DNA from: a virus
Direction: 5' to 3' (one strand)
Length of the DNA stretch: 64,000 bases
IMG/VR virus record: IMGVR_UViG_3300023243_000351
This document shows positions 18,263 to 26,696 of the stretch, in pieces; position 1 is the first letter of the stretch, and every line of letters begins with the position of its first letter. The position numbers were made by a program, and so were the translations under genes. Below the pieces are notes generated by a model. The model was not told the origin of the DNA. It made no database searches and saw only the letters and a list, made by a program, of their open reading frames with translations.

Positions 18263-19616
18263 TCTTTTTCCTTAGTTTGTCGTCTACGTTACGCTCTAGT
18301 TCTGCTATATCGTCAGGTGCGCCTGTTTTTAGATTCTGTTCTACATATACTTCTTTAACTATTACAGTGTCAGCACCGTGTGTTTTTTTATTGCGAGCCC
18401 ATTCAAACTGTTTGGTACTAGCAAGTATAAGTGTAAGTGCTAGTGGATCAAACACAACAACCAACAACACTATGACCCAGCGTACTGCTTTTTCCAGTAG
18501 GTTTTGATCTGGACTTTGGTCGTATATAAATGCGGCAATGTATTTTATTGGTCCTACTTCTGCTTCTAGTTTCCTGTATTCTTTTTCGAACACAAAAACT
18601 TCTTCACGTATTTGATCAATCTCCGTTTGTTCTTTGTCAACAAAATTCTCAAGTTCTTCTACCCTACCGTCAATATCTACAGTTTTAGTGTTTGACTGGT
18701 CACGTAGTTTTTGTATTCTATTATTAACTGATTGTAATTCTGATCCGTACTTGGCATCAATACTGCTAAGTGTTTCTGTTAACTTGGCGTTGATACTTTT
18801 GATCTCACGCTGTGCCGCACTGGCAACTGAAAGCTCATTTGCTTTGGCCTGCTGTGTTGCTTCTAACTCAATCTTCTTGGCTTGCTCTGTTGCTTCTAAC
18901 TCAATCTTCTTGGCATTGGCTACTGCTTCATCTAGGCCTTTTTTACTAAAGGAGTTTTCATATCGAGCCTGGGCGGCGCCAATGTCTGCTGTCTTACGGG
19001 CTTGTGCTGTGGCGATGTTTGCTGTCTTACGTTCTTGTGCGGCGGCTATGTCTGCTGACTTGCGCTCTGCGGCTTGTACTAATCTATCATTCTGTAACTG
19101 TATTTGCTTTTCTGCATCAGCACGAGCATTGGTTTTTTCTTTGTTAACTTGCACACGGATTTCTTTTAGTGCATCGTTGTCACGATCAACTAGGTTGTCC
19201 ACACGTACATCTTCACCTTTAGATAACCGGGTAAGCTCGTCGGTCCAACGAACTATCTTGGCTTCCGAACGAGTCATTTTACTCTCAAGCGATTTGATCT
19301 GTGCTACCTGTTCTTCACTTAGTGAAGTCTGTTCAATGTGTGCTTTACTCAGGAAGCCAAAAATACCCATTGAGGTGATAAACATCAACACAGTAATTGC
19401 CGGGATCAAGTACCATTTAAACAGTCTTGGTGCACGATGCCAATTTTGGTGTAACCAAACTGTAGCAACAATCTTACCAGTTTCTAGTGCGCCACCCATG
19501 ATAATCACAGGCATGACTGCGGCACTGAACACTGCAATCAAGCCAGCAATACTGTACCAAGCCGCAATGAACGAAATGGATATTGCTGTAACGAATGTAA
19601 GTATGGCTAATAGCAT
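18255..19616 (-). CDS. Membrane-anchored long coiled-coil protein
   Basis: Three N-terminal TMs, long coiled coil, C-terminal TM (VVVFDPLA). Confidence 0.75.
   Translation of the reverse strand: MLLAILTFVTAISISFIAAWYSIAGLIAVFSAAVMPVIIMGGALETGKIVATVWLHQNWHRAPRLFKWYLIPAITVLMFITSMGIFGFLSKAHIEQTSLSEEQVAQIKSLESKMTRSEAKIVRWTDELTRLSKGEDVRVDNLVDRDNDALKEIRVQVNKEKTNARADAEKQIQLQNDRLVQAAERKSADIAAAQERKTANIATAQARKTADIGAAQARYENSFSKKGLDEAVANAKKIELEATEQAKKIELEATQQAKANELSVASAAQREIKSINAKLTETLSSIDAKYGSELQSVNNRIQKLRDQSNTKTVDIDGRVEELENFVDKEQTEIDQIREEVFVFEKEYRKLEAEVGPIKYIAAFIYDQSPDQNLLEKAVRWVIVLLVVVFDPLALTLILASTKQFEWARNKKTHGADTVIVKEVYVEQNLKTGAPDDIAELERNVDDKLRKKNG
18844..19078 (-). repeat. 33-bp (11-aa) tandem repeats within the coiled coil
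   Basis: AKKIELEAT(E/Q)Q x2 near-perfect at DNA level; degenerate (E/A)RK(S/T)A(D/N)I..AQ x3. Confidence 0.8.
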
Positions 19617-19688
19617 AGTGTATATTTATTGGGTAGTTGACTAATTATATAAGGAACAGGGCAGTTAGTCAACTGAATTTTTTGCCAA

Positions 19689-20414
19689 TTAAACCTGCGT
19701 TAGGTTATGCAACACACCTTCGCCAAACACTGCGATTTCGTGTGAGCCGCTTGCGGTGGCCGCTTGGAACTGTATATCAGACTTCTCGTCGTACTTGAAA
19801 GGCATCTGACGTTGGATGTGCATGTTGTCAGCAAAAGTAGTTCGTGCTACGTTCAATACTCTACCTGCCGCATTGCTAACATAATTTCTAAAGATAGCAG
19901 GTTTACCAGCAGTACTATCAGCACTGAATGCGTCGATGCGATACAACAAGAAACAATGATTTCTCGGTACTGTGTAAAAACTTTCTTGGCATCTACCATT
20001 TCCTGGCAGTATGGTTTTGTAGAATGTAGCAGAGCCCCCAAGGTCGTTACCTATGTCTATGGTTCCTGCATTTGATCCTGTGAGAATAATTGCGGTGTTG
20101 ATTCTAAAAAAACTTGCTGTGGTTGTTTGCACTGCTGTGCCTGCCAGTGTAACTGTGTCTTGGATGGCATCATAGTTAGCATCAAGACCGATAAGTAGAA
20201 CCTGCATAGTGTCGGCGCTTTGGGTGCTTTTGATCTGCATCTGTTGTACGGCAGGAGGAAAAACGTATGTTGCGGTTTTGCCCCATAGTGCTCTAAAGGC
20301 TGTGGTTGCGGCTGTCTGGTAGCCAAAAATATTCTGTACTGAGTTGCCACCAGTATCGTCAAGTGCTATTGCGGCGCTAAAGTCAAAGTACTTTCTATTT
20401 GCCATATTGGCCAT
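19689..20414 (-). CDS. Hypothetical protein, probably virion-associated, beta-rich
   Basis: 241-aa Thr/Ala/Gly-rich ORF in a late-promoter operon. Confidence 0.55.
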   Translation of the reverse strand: MANMANRKYFDFSAAIALDDTGGNSVQNIFGYQTAATTAFRALWGKTATYVFPPAVQQMQIKSTQSADTMQVLLIGLDANYDAIQDTVTLAGTAVQTTTASFFRINTAIILTGSNAGTIDIGNDLGGSATFYKTILPGNGRCQESFYTVPRNHCFLLYRIDAFSADSTAGKPAIFRNYVSNAAGRVLNVARTTFADNMHIQRQMPFKYDEKSDIQFQAATASGSHEIAVFGEGVLHNLTQV

Positions 20415-20417
20415 TGG

Positions 20418-20855
20418 TTACTCTGCCCAAGGTCGGCCTAACAACAATCCACCTGAGTTGGCATTGTCGACCACGTTGTTGCCAACATATCTTGTAGGTA
20501 ACTCAGTTCTGTCGTATGTAGCAGGGTCACCTAAGAATTCTCGTTTGGCTGATGCAATTTCTAGTTTCTGTATTTGGCGAGCTTCCAGTGTACCGTCTGC
20601 TTTGGCCTTGCATATCAAGAACGTACCAGTACCAAACCCAAGAGTTGCTAATGTATCAGTACCATTGTTGGTAATGTTTATGAGTGGGTTGGTGTTTAGA
20701 AAGATATCACCGTACATGGCGTCAGTTAAACTTGCACTTTCTTCTTCCTGTGCTCTGATCAGTGCTGGGACGTCGTCAAGCTGTAACCCGTCGTCTAGTG
20801 TTATAGGTATTTGTCTACCTGTGAGACCTTTGACTGTGATGGTAATGTTGGCCAT
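20418..20855 (-). CDS. Protein with N-terminal ubiquitin-like (beta-grasp) domain
   Basis: ITITVKGLTGRQIPITL...V.A.I...E aligns without gaps to the ubiquitin N-terminal half. Confidence 0.55.
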   Translation of the reverse strand: MANITITVKGLTGRQIPITLDDGLQLDDVPALIRAQEEESASLTDAMYGDIFLNTNPLINITNNGTDTLATLGFGTGTFLICKAKADGTLEARQIQKLEIASAKREFLGDPATYDRTELPTRYVGNNVVDNANSGGLLLGRPWAE

Positions 20856-20858
20856 GTG

Positions 20859-21206
20859 TTATTTCCTTGCTTGGTAATCTGGATACATGCTGGTTGCATC
20901 AGTTCTAATGTCTGCAGGGTTCTTAGCCTTGTGTACATCGTCACCTGAAGGAAATGCGGCTTGCATAGGAGCGATAATTTCCTTAGGCTCGTTGGCATAT
21001 CCTGCATTGTCGCAACCACATGGATCACGTCCGCAGACATCACATGCGCCATCATCGCCTACTTTTAATATGCCAGCTAGTGTTTGCATGTCCATGGTCT
21101 CTTGGTCTGGCTCACTGACAGCGATAGCAATCATAGGTTCCTGTGCTGGCTGTTCTGCTTGGTCAACTATGTCTAGCACAGTGCGTATAATGTCTGTTAT
21201 TCTCAT
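20859..21206 (-). CDS. Hypothetical acidic late protein (CxxC..xPCxC motif)
   Basis: TAAATA 5 nt upstream of the ATG; CDVCGRDPCGC. Confidence 0.6.
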   Translation of the reverse strand: MRITDIIRTVLDIVDQAEQPAQEPMIAIAVSEPDQETMDMQTLAGILKVGDDGACDVCGRDPCGCDNAGYANEPKEIIAPMQAAFPSGDDVHKAKNPADIRTDATSMYPDYQARK

Positions 21207-21223
21207 ACTAATATTTAGTCAAA

Positions 21224-21249
21224 AATAAACCCGCTCCAGCGGGTTTATT
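21224..21249. terminator. Intrinsic terminator
   Basis: AATAAACCCGC-TCCA-GCGGGTTTATT with a T-run on the minus strand. Confidence 0.8.
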
Positions 21250-21276
21250 GATTAACTTGAAAAATTTAAAAAGCGA

Positions 21277-21510
21277 TTACTTAGCTTTCCAAACGGTATA
21301 CAAGACCCAAACAGCTAACAAGCCTACTAGACCTTGACCACCCAATGTGTTAACAACATCTGTCACGTTACCGATAACACTTGGGGTTGGCAAGAACGGA
21401 ATTGCTGAGTTGCCCATTAATAGTTCTAAAACAATACTTAATGCTAGGACTGAAACAACTACTTCAGCTAATTCACCTGCCCACGTTTTGATTGTGGCTA
21501 ATATTTCCAT
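21277..21510 (-). CDS. Small two-TM membrane protein, monocistronic
   Basis: Own TAAATA promoter (21559-21564), leader hairpin, SD and terminator. Confidence 0.7.
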   Translation of the reverse strand: MEILATIKTWAGELAEVVVSVLALSIVLELLMGNSAIPFLPTPSVIGNVTDVVNTLGGQGLVGLLAVWVLYTVWKAK

Positions 21511-21616
21511 TTTTTATATCTCCATTTAATGAGCCGCGATTAAATTGCGGCTACAGGATATTTAAAGGAATAAGAGAGTAGTTATGTGACAGTTTAACTG
21601 ATTTTGGTATATTTAG

Positions 21617-21928
21617 TTAATGCACTATAAAACTGCCCAATTCAAAGTAAAAATTGCCTCTTTGTATACTTCCTCGTATAGAGTCTATAAACTTTTCATT
21701 ATCTTCCGCTTCAATCCTGTTATCAATAACATGTCCGAGCAGGTCAAACAACTGGAGTAACTGCTGCTTAATCTCGTCATAGTCAGGATCATCCAACTCC
21801 TCAGCTCGCTCGTGAATGTAGTCCATCAACTCCTCTAGTTCGTCCTCTTGGAGCCGGTTAACGTCAGTTTTTCCTGTAGCAATTTTATCCAGCAATTGCT
21901 CTAGTTCTTTTTTGTATAATATCTGCAT
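21617..21928 (-). CDS. Hypothetical acidic protein
   Basis: 103-aa ORF. Confidence 0.55.
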   Translation of the reverse strand: MQILYKKELEQLLDKIATGKTDVNRLQEDELEELMDYIHERAEELDDPDYDEIKQQLLQLFDLLGHVIDNRIEAEDNEKFIDSIRGSIQRGNFYFELGSFIVH

Positions 21929-22029
21929 AATAATACTTAGTAAGGTTAATAATTTTTAGTCTAGGTATTTAAGTGCTTCTCGATTGCCCTAGCTTCTCCT
22001 GGTCTTAAATTGTATTGAGCACCAGACCG

Positions 22030-22308
22030 CTATCTATCCGCAGTCATGGCTTGGTATACACCCAATTTTGCACACGCTAAAGCGGATGGGCACACCGTCA
22101 CCTCGTTGCGCTTGACCTTGCTCGGTACGGGTAGAGTTTTATTCGCCTCAACGTAAAAAGATAACCCAGCCTCTAAAGCATCAACGGCATTGAGTAACGC
22201 CTCTTCTTTATCAGCACCAAAAGTAATGGCTTCTGGAACATCCCGAAATGTCGCCAAGATGGTGTCGCCATCTTTCGTTAAAGTGACTGGATATTTAAAC
22301 ATATTCAT
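22030..22308 (-). CDS. hicB: HicB-family antitoxin, C-terminally truncated (no DNA-binding domain)
   Basis: YPVTL..DG..ILATFRDVPEAITFG...EEAL.NA.DAL...L..Y......LP.PS; ends at QAMTADR; no hicA nearby. Confidence 0.8.
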   Translation of the reverse strand: MNMFKYPVTLTKDGDTILATFRDVPEAITFGADKEEALLNAVDALEAGLSFYVEANKTLPVPSKVKRNEVTVCPSALACAKLGVYQAMTADR

Positions 22309-22332
22309 TTTTTCCTCATTGTTTTGTGTATC

Positions 22333-22449
22333 TCATATAAATTCACCGGGCATTCCTTTTAAAGATTGTTTAGCCGTGGCATGACCTTGCTCTGCTTCTT
22401 TCTTTGTTTCTTCGATGTTCATGTTTTCAAAGTTCATATCTTTGTTCAT
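22333..22449 (-). pseudogene. Sel1-repeat-like remnant mini-ORF
   Basis: MNKDMNFENMNIEETKKEAEQGHATAKQSL..., SD AAGGAG. Confidence 0.4.
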
Positions 22450-22531
22450 GTTGTTTTCTCCTTTTAAAGATATATTTGATACAAGCTGTCTTGAGTACTT
22501 TGCTCTGCGGCTTTTAGTATTTCTTTAAAGC

Positions 22532-22729
22532 TCATGTTGTTTCCCTGTAAGTCATTTTGAGTGCTTCTTGATTGCCCCAGGCATTATAATCATCAGCTAC
22601 TGAGTTGTATGTATCAATGAGTCTATCAATATCTTCTTTGATCATTGCCTGTTCCTGCAAAGTCATGTTGGGGTGAATAGAGTGTTTGATTTTCTTTAAC
22701 TCATATATAAACTCTAAAACGTCAGTCAT
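22532..22729 (-). CDS. Hypothetical protein
   Basis: 65-aa ORF in early operon. Confidence 0.55.
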   Translation of the reverse strand: MTDVLEFIYELKKIKHSIHPNMTLQEQAMIKEDIDRLIDTYNSVADDYNAWGNQEALKMTYRETT

Positions 22730-22908
22730 TATTCAATTACCTCCGATTCGACAGTTAGATTGCGAAGTGCAGTTTCTTCTAACCCATTGTTTAACTGCGT
22801 TATTATAAGTTCACATTGATACTGATTATTAGGAAATGGTTGTGTAATTACCTTACCATCTTCTGCAACATACCAACGTTTTCTTGGTGCCATAGCATAA
22901 TTAGCCAT
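22729..22908 (-). CDS. Hypothetical protein
   Basis: Start moved to ATG 22908 (MANYAMAPRK) after SD AGGAG. Confidence 0.55.
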   Translation of the reverse strand: MANYAMAPRKRWYVAEDGKVITQPFPNNQYQCELIITQLNNGLEETALRNLTVESEVIE

Positions 22909-22921
22909 AATGTTTCTCCTG

Positions 22922-23140
22922 TTATTTAGAATCTTGATTATATTCATCCACTGTATACAAACCTTGTTCGATCTCTCTAATAGCAGTACTGGCTGCCTTT
23001 TCGTCTTGGATTTCCGTAACTCTAGGCTCGGCACCTTGTGCAATCTCGCGAGTCCTTTGTGATGCCATCAGTATCAGTAAATACTGATCGCCGCCGCATA
23101 CTTCGATTGCTTTGTCTGACCTTCCTGCAATTTTGGACAT
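22922..23140 (-). CDS. rpoZ: RNA polymerase omega subunit homolog
   Basis: QYLLILMASQRTREIAQGAEPRV....EK....AIREIEQG matches RpoZ consensus; SD AAGGAG. Confidence 0.8.
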   Translation of the reverse strand: MSKIAGRSDKAIEVCGGDQYLLILMASQRTREIAQGAEPRVTEIQDEKAASTAIREIEQGLYTVDEYNQDSK

Positions 23141-23155
23141 ACTGGTTCTCCTTGT

Positions 23156-23470
23156 TTATAAAATAATTTCGTTCAAACTGTCAAACCCGGCATTAGCAAC
23201 AATGTACTGATTGCCATATGTTTCACTTTCTATCATGTAGCCAATTTCTAATTTGGCTACATGATCGAGCAAGTAGCCTGAAGTGGTGGCCTTGTGCCGC
23301 ACTTCGTTTAAATTATGAGCGTGTATACATGCCACCCTTTTATATTGTCGTTTAGCCATTGCCTGCCTTGCATGATCCTTGTTGAAGAACAGGCTATCTC
23401 TTCCATAAAAACTCTTGTTGTGATACAAGTCACTATCACGTTCCATCTGATAAATTATAAACTTGTACAT
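23156..23470 (-). CDS. Hypothetical protein
   Basis: 104-aa ORF in early operon. Confidence 0.55.
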   Translation of the reverse strand: MYKFIIYQMERDSDLYHNKSFYGRDSLFFNKDHARQAMAKRQYKRVACIHAHNLNEVRHKATTSGYLLDHVAKLEIGYMIESETYGNQYIVANAGFDSLNEIIL

Positions 23471-23479
23471 CTTGCCCTC

Positions 23480-23653
23480 TTAGTAAGACAGTTGTGTATC
23501 GAAGTGATGCTGTTCTAATTGAATTTCACGTTCAAGTTGTTCACGTTTAAAAGTTAATTTCTTACGCAAGTCCATCTTATCTTGTTCTGTACCAGCACAA
23601 ATAAGATCGTACTCAATTGAATTAATAAAGTGTACCATTTCTTTATTGGTCAT
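23480..23653 (-). CDS. Hypothetical 57-aa protein (not in ORF track)
   Basis: MTNKEMVHFINSIEYDLICAG..., TAATG overlap, SD GGAGG. Confidence 0.55.
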   Translation of the reverse strand: MTNKEMVHFINSIEYDLICAGTEQDKMDLRKKLTFKREQLEREIQLEQHHFDTQLSY

Positions 23654-23883
23654 TACGCTACCTCCACTTTGTATTCAAAAGTATAAATTTCACGCATAAT
23701 CTCGTAAACACGTTCACGGTCTACAGTATCACCACCGCCCCAATTTACTTGGTCTGACATGCGACTAAAGTAAATGTCTACTGCATGGGCTATTTCTTTT
23801 TTAGTAAAGGCCATGTCGTATAAGCCACCCATACCGTAAAAGTCGTTGCAGTAATTTACAAACTCTTTAACTGTTAACTGCAT
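23653..23883 (-). CDS. Hypothetical early protein
   Basis: Start ATG 23883 after SD AAGGAG and an early promoter. Confidence 0.65.
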   Translation of the reverse strand: MQLTVKEFVNYCNDFYGMGGLYDMAFTKKEIAHAVDIYFSRMSDQVNWGGGDTVDRERVYEIMREIYTFEYKVEVA

Positions 23884-23946
23884 CTTTAGCTCCTTATTAG
23901 TTAATATACGTAGTATTATAGATGTTTTTGGACAAACCGTCAACCA
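23884..23946 (-). promoter_or_regulatory. Sigma70-type early promoter, repeated leader module
   Basis: TTGACG (23938-23943), 17-bp spacer, TATAAT (23915-23920), SD AAGGAGCTAA. Confidence 0.85.
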
Positions 23947-23971
23947 AAAAAAATCCTTTGTAATCAACAAC

Positions 23972-24115
23972 TTAGATTGTTTTGAAACAACGGAGTAATG
24001 CATCACCTAACCAAACAGTACACGAAAAGCCAGATTTTGTAGCGTTCTCAACCGCTTGCTCTAAGGTGTCAAACTGTTTTGAATAACCAAAGCTGTAAAA
24101 ATCTACTTTATACAT
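23972..24115 (-). CDS. Hypothetical 47-aa early protein (not in ORF track)
   Basis: MYKVDFYSFGYSKQFDTLEQAVENATKSGF..., SD GAGGAG. Confidence 0.6.
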   Translation of the reverse strand: MYKVDFYSFGYSKQFDTLEQAVENATKSGFSCTVWLGDALLRCFKTI

Positions 24116-24184
24116 ATTAGCTCCTCGCTGTTACTAGTTAATATACTTACGTATTATAGAGTCTTTTGGACAAGCCGTCAACCA
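24116..24184 (-). promoter_or_regulatory. Sigma70-type early promoter, repeated leader module
   Basis: TTGACG (24176-24181), 17-bp spacer, TATAAT (24153-24158). Confidence 0.85.
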
Positions 24185-24279
24185 AAACTATACGTCATTG
24201 TATACAAAGACTTTTTTAGAGTGTTTTTAGAGTGGTTTCAGCCCAGGATTGGGCTGTTTGGTGTCACTTTGTTGTGGTT

Positions 24280-24507
24280 TTAGTGCAGGGTAATGTCGTT
24301 ATTAAACTGTTCAAGGTCAGTAACATCCAACAGTTTCATAATTTGTTTGATAATTTTCGGCGGATTATTGTCAAAAATTGCTTCTGGGACAAAGGCATAC
24401 TTCAAGTTGCCGTCTGAATCAAATACAAAGCCATAGTCTTCTGCATCTATGTCTTGCTCTTGTTGCGCTTCGATTACTTCAAAATCATCTGCAATAGGCT
24501 TGCTCAT
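24280..24507 (-). CDS. Hypothetical acidic protein
   Basis: 75-aa ORF with SD. Confidence 0.55.
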   Translation of the reverse strand: MSKPIADDFEVIEAQQEQDIDAEDYGFVFDSDGNLKYAFVPEAIFDNNPPKIIKQIMKLLDVTDLEQFNNDITLH

Positions 24508-24518
24508 TCTACTATCCT

Positions 24519-24950
24519 TTATTCCGGGAAGACCATCTGTTCTTGCACAATGTATGGATCTTTAATTTCACCAGACTCAATTCTGCGTCTTTCTTCTGAC
24601 CGTAAGTAAGTTACAATAGCAACTATATCCATACCGTCAATGGTTGTACCAAATGCACCCATTGTGCCGCCTAAACTCTGATTGGTAATGCCCACACTAA
24701 TGGTTGTGAATATACCCATGTTGGTATTTGAACTGTATGTAAACTTGCCACATGTTAAGCAAGGACCTTTGCCACCTTTGCCTTGGCCACCATGACAGAA
24801 GGAACAACGTCTGTCGTACCACTCTCGACCATTTTGTACTGTGTCTGAGTTCGTAATATCTAGTGCCAGATCATTTTCGTTCATCTGATGAAGATCAGCT
24901 GAGAATAACAATGTGGGAATAAACAATAGAAAAAATAAAATCTTTGACAT
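24519..24950 (-). CDS. Periplasmic mono-haem c-type cytochrome
   Basis: Signal peptide, CSFCH, G.G.GP.L, distal Met (TMGAF). Confidence 0.85.
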   Translation of the reverse strand: MSKILFFLLFIPTLLFSADLHQMNENDLALDITNSDTVQNGREWYDRRCSFCHGGQGKGGKGPCLTCGKFTYSSNTNMGIFTTISVGITNQSLGGTMGAFGTTIDGMDIVAIVTYLRSEERRRIESGEIKDPYIVQEQMVFPE

Positions 24951-24993
24951 ACTAAACCTCCAATAGTATTTATTTGGCTACTATGTTAGCAGT

Positions 24994-25620
24994 TTAGTTT
25001 TGGCTGTTTCTATCACCGTAAAATATGTGTGTGCCTATTTTAGCCAATTTAGGATAACGCCAGACAGGGCTAACATAATCTGCATGATAGAATACTGCTT
25101 GTTTTAAGCCAGGTAATCTTTTGCCTTCAATTAATACCTGTCTGGCTACTTCATAGCAACGGTCAAAGATAGTTTGATTAACTGACGAAATGCGATCTGA
25201 TTTACCATCACAGTACCAACTGAATTGGCAACGATGTTTTACAGGATAATATACACTCTTGTCTTTCCAGGATGCTTTGGTTGGGCCTTGATATACCACA
25301 TCACATATATCATCAGGGAAACTGTTGTGTGCCACTCGGTTAAGAGTGACCTGTGCCACAGCAATCATACCTTCAACTGGCTCACTACGAGCTTCCCAGT
25401 ATATGTTCCTAGCAAGGCAATCCAATTCTCGCCTAACCTGTCTCATGTCAACAGGCGATTGCTTTACTGCTGTGTTAATAATTTCGATAGTTTCTGCGCC
25501 CACTGCTTGGTTTGCTGGCGCTTTAACATTACTAGTGACTGCAATAATTGCATATACTACCAGCCACGTTCCTAGAAAAAATGTTACTAATCTTGACCAT
25601 TTGGTTAGATCTTGCTTCAT
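24994..25620 (-). CDS. Cell-wall hydrolase, SleB/Hydrolase_2 family
   Basis: CLARNIYWEARSE, VAQVTLNRV, CQFSWYCDG, FYHADYV, IGTHIFY; N-terminal TM. Confidence 0.9.
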   Translation of the reverse strand: MKQDLTKWSRLVTFFLGTWLVVYAIIAVTSNVKAPANQAVGAETIEIINTAVKQSPVDMRQVRRELDCLARNIYWEARSEPVEGMIAVAQVTLNRVAHNSFPDDICDVVYQGPTKASWKDKSVYYPVKHRCQFSWYCDGKSDRISSVNQTIFDRCYEVARQVLIEGKRLPGLKQAVFYHADYVSPVWRYPKLAKIGTHIFYGDRNSQN

Positions 25621-25736
25621 GTTTTTCTCCTATCTTACCGCATCCAGTATTTAAAAGCGAGTCGGATGTAAGTTAACAACTGCTATTATACTATAATAGT
25701 GGGGTATAATCAAATTTTTTGGTATAAATACATATT

Positions 25737-26042
25737 ATGCCAGCAATATGTAGAGTAGGTGACACACTAACAACCGGACATGGATGTGATACCACAACAA
25801 CCATTGCTTCGCCAAACAACGACGGCACTGTTCATGCTAACGGTATTGACATTATAGTAGTTGGTGCTCCGACAGTATCTCACCTAATACCCAGTGGAGA
25901 TTCATGCGTACCTCACGTGGCATTTTTAAATGCTGGTTCAGGTAGTGTTTTCCTCAATGGTATTGGAGTAGGTAGAATAGGTGATAGTGCCGACGCCGGT
26001 GCTATGATAAGCGGATCACCTACTGTGTTTGCCGGCGGCTAG
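25737..26042 (+). CDS. PAAR-like spike tip protein (gp5.4-like)
   Basis: MPAICRVGD..TGH, H..C..H, GS.SV..NG....RIGD, GSPTVFAG; TATAAATA 6 nt upstream. Confidence 0.85.
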   Translation: MPAICRVGDTLTTGHGCDTTTTIASPNNDGTVHANGIDIIVVGAPTVSHLIPSGDSCVPHVAFLNAGSGSVFLNGIGVGRIGDSADAGAMISGSPTVFAGG

Positions 26043-26339
26043 TTAAGGCCTAACAATTTCCAACCCAGTTGTGGTCTTGATATAGTGTGTTTTGATTTGA
26101 TCAATGCATTCAGCAATCATAACAACATGATTTTTTTGAATAGACGCACTGGTATGTGGATCTGCTGTGAACAGTGCTTGAATTAATCCAACACCTTGCT
26201 GACCAGGTACTACATTGCATGCCTTCTCGACGTTGTAGTGATCTGCTGTTTCGCTGGTAATCTTTGCAACTATCTCTTCCCCAGTGATTAGTTTTAGTGC
26301 GCAGATCTGTCCTTCCCATTTACTATTTTCTAATAACAT
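26043..26339 (-). CDS. Hypothetical protein, possible Sm-like fold
   Basis: LKLITGEEIVAKI pattern. Confidence 0.55.
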   Translation of the reverse strand: MLLENSKWEGQICALKLITGEEIVAKITSETADHYNVEKACNVVPGQQGVGLIQALFTADPHTSASIQKNHVVMIAECIDQIKTHYIKTTTGLEIVRP

Positions 26340-26340
26340 G

Positions 26341-26586
26341 TTAACTCTCCTTGAGCTTATCGAAAAATTCAGTTGTTTGATCTGCTAACCCATTGTATCC
26401 TCCAGGTAGCAGTTGTTCATTGATATAAATCTGAGGTACTGTACGCAAGCCAGCGTCAACGATGCGTTTCCTTGCATCTGCATCTTGTTCAATGTTTACT
26501 TCGGTGTACTTTATACCTTTGATCTCTAGTAGTGCTTTGGCCTTTGTGCAAAAAGGACAATTGTTTTTTGAATATATTGTAATCAT
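26341..26586 (-). CDS. Glutaredoxin
   Basis: CPFC, TVPQI, GGY. Confidence 0.93.
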   Translation of the reverse strand: MITIYSKNNCPFCTKAKALLEIKGIKYTEVNIEQDADARKRIVDAGLRTVPQIYINEQLLPGGYNGLADQTTEFFDKLKES

Positions 26587-26696
26587 ACGCTTAATTATAC
26601 TTGTTAAAAATTATTTGTCAAACCCCGATTAGTCCTAATTAGTTGATCTGGTACCAAGCTGTAGCCACCTACGTATATTCCTCTGTCTATTTTCAT

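Noticed and set aside
18634-19644. 336-aa plus-strand ORF and the many other short antisense ORFs in the track
   Set aside because: Shadows of well-supported genes on the opposite strand, with no RBS or recognisable motifs
23884-24184. Repeated ~65-bp elements as a CRISPR array or IS ends
   Set aside because: Copies are dispersed, separated by ORFs, and resolve into -35/-10/SD; no cas or transposase genes
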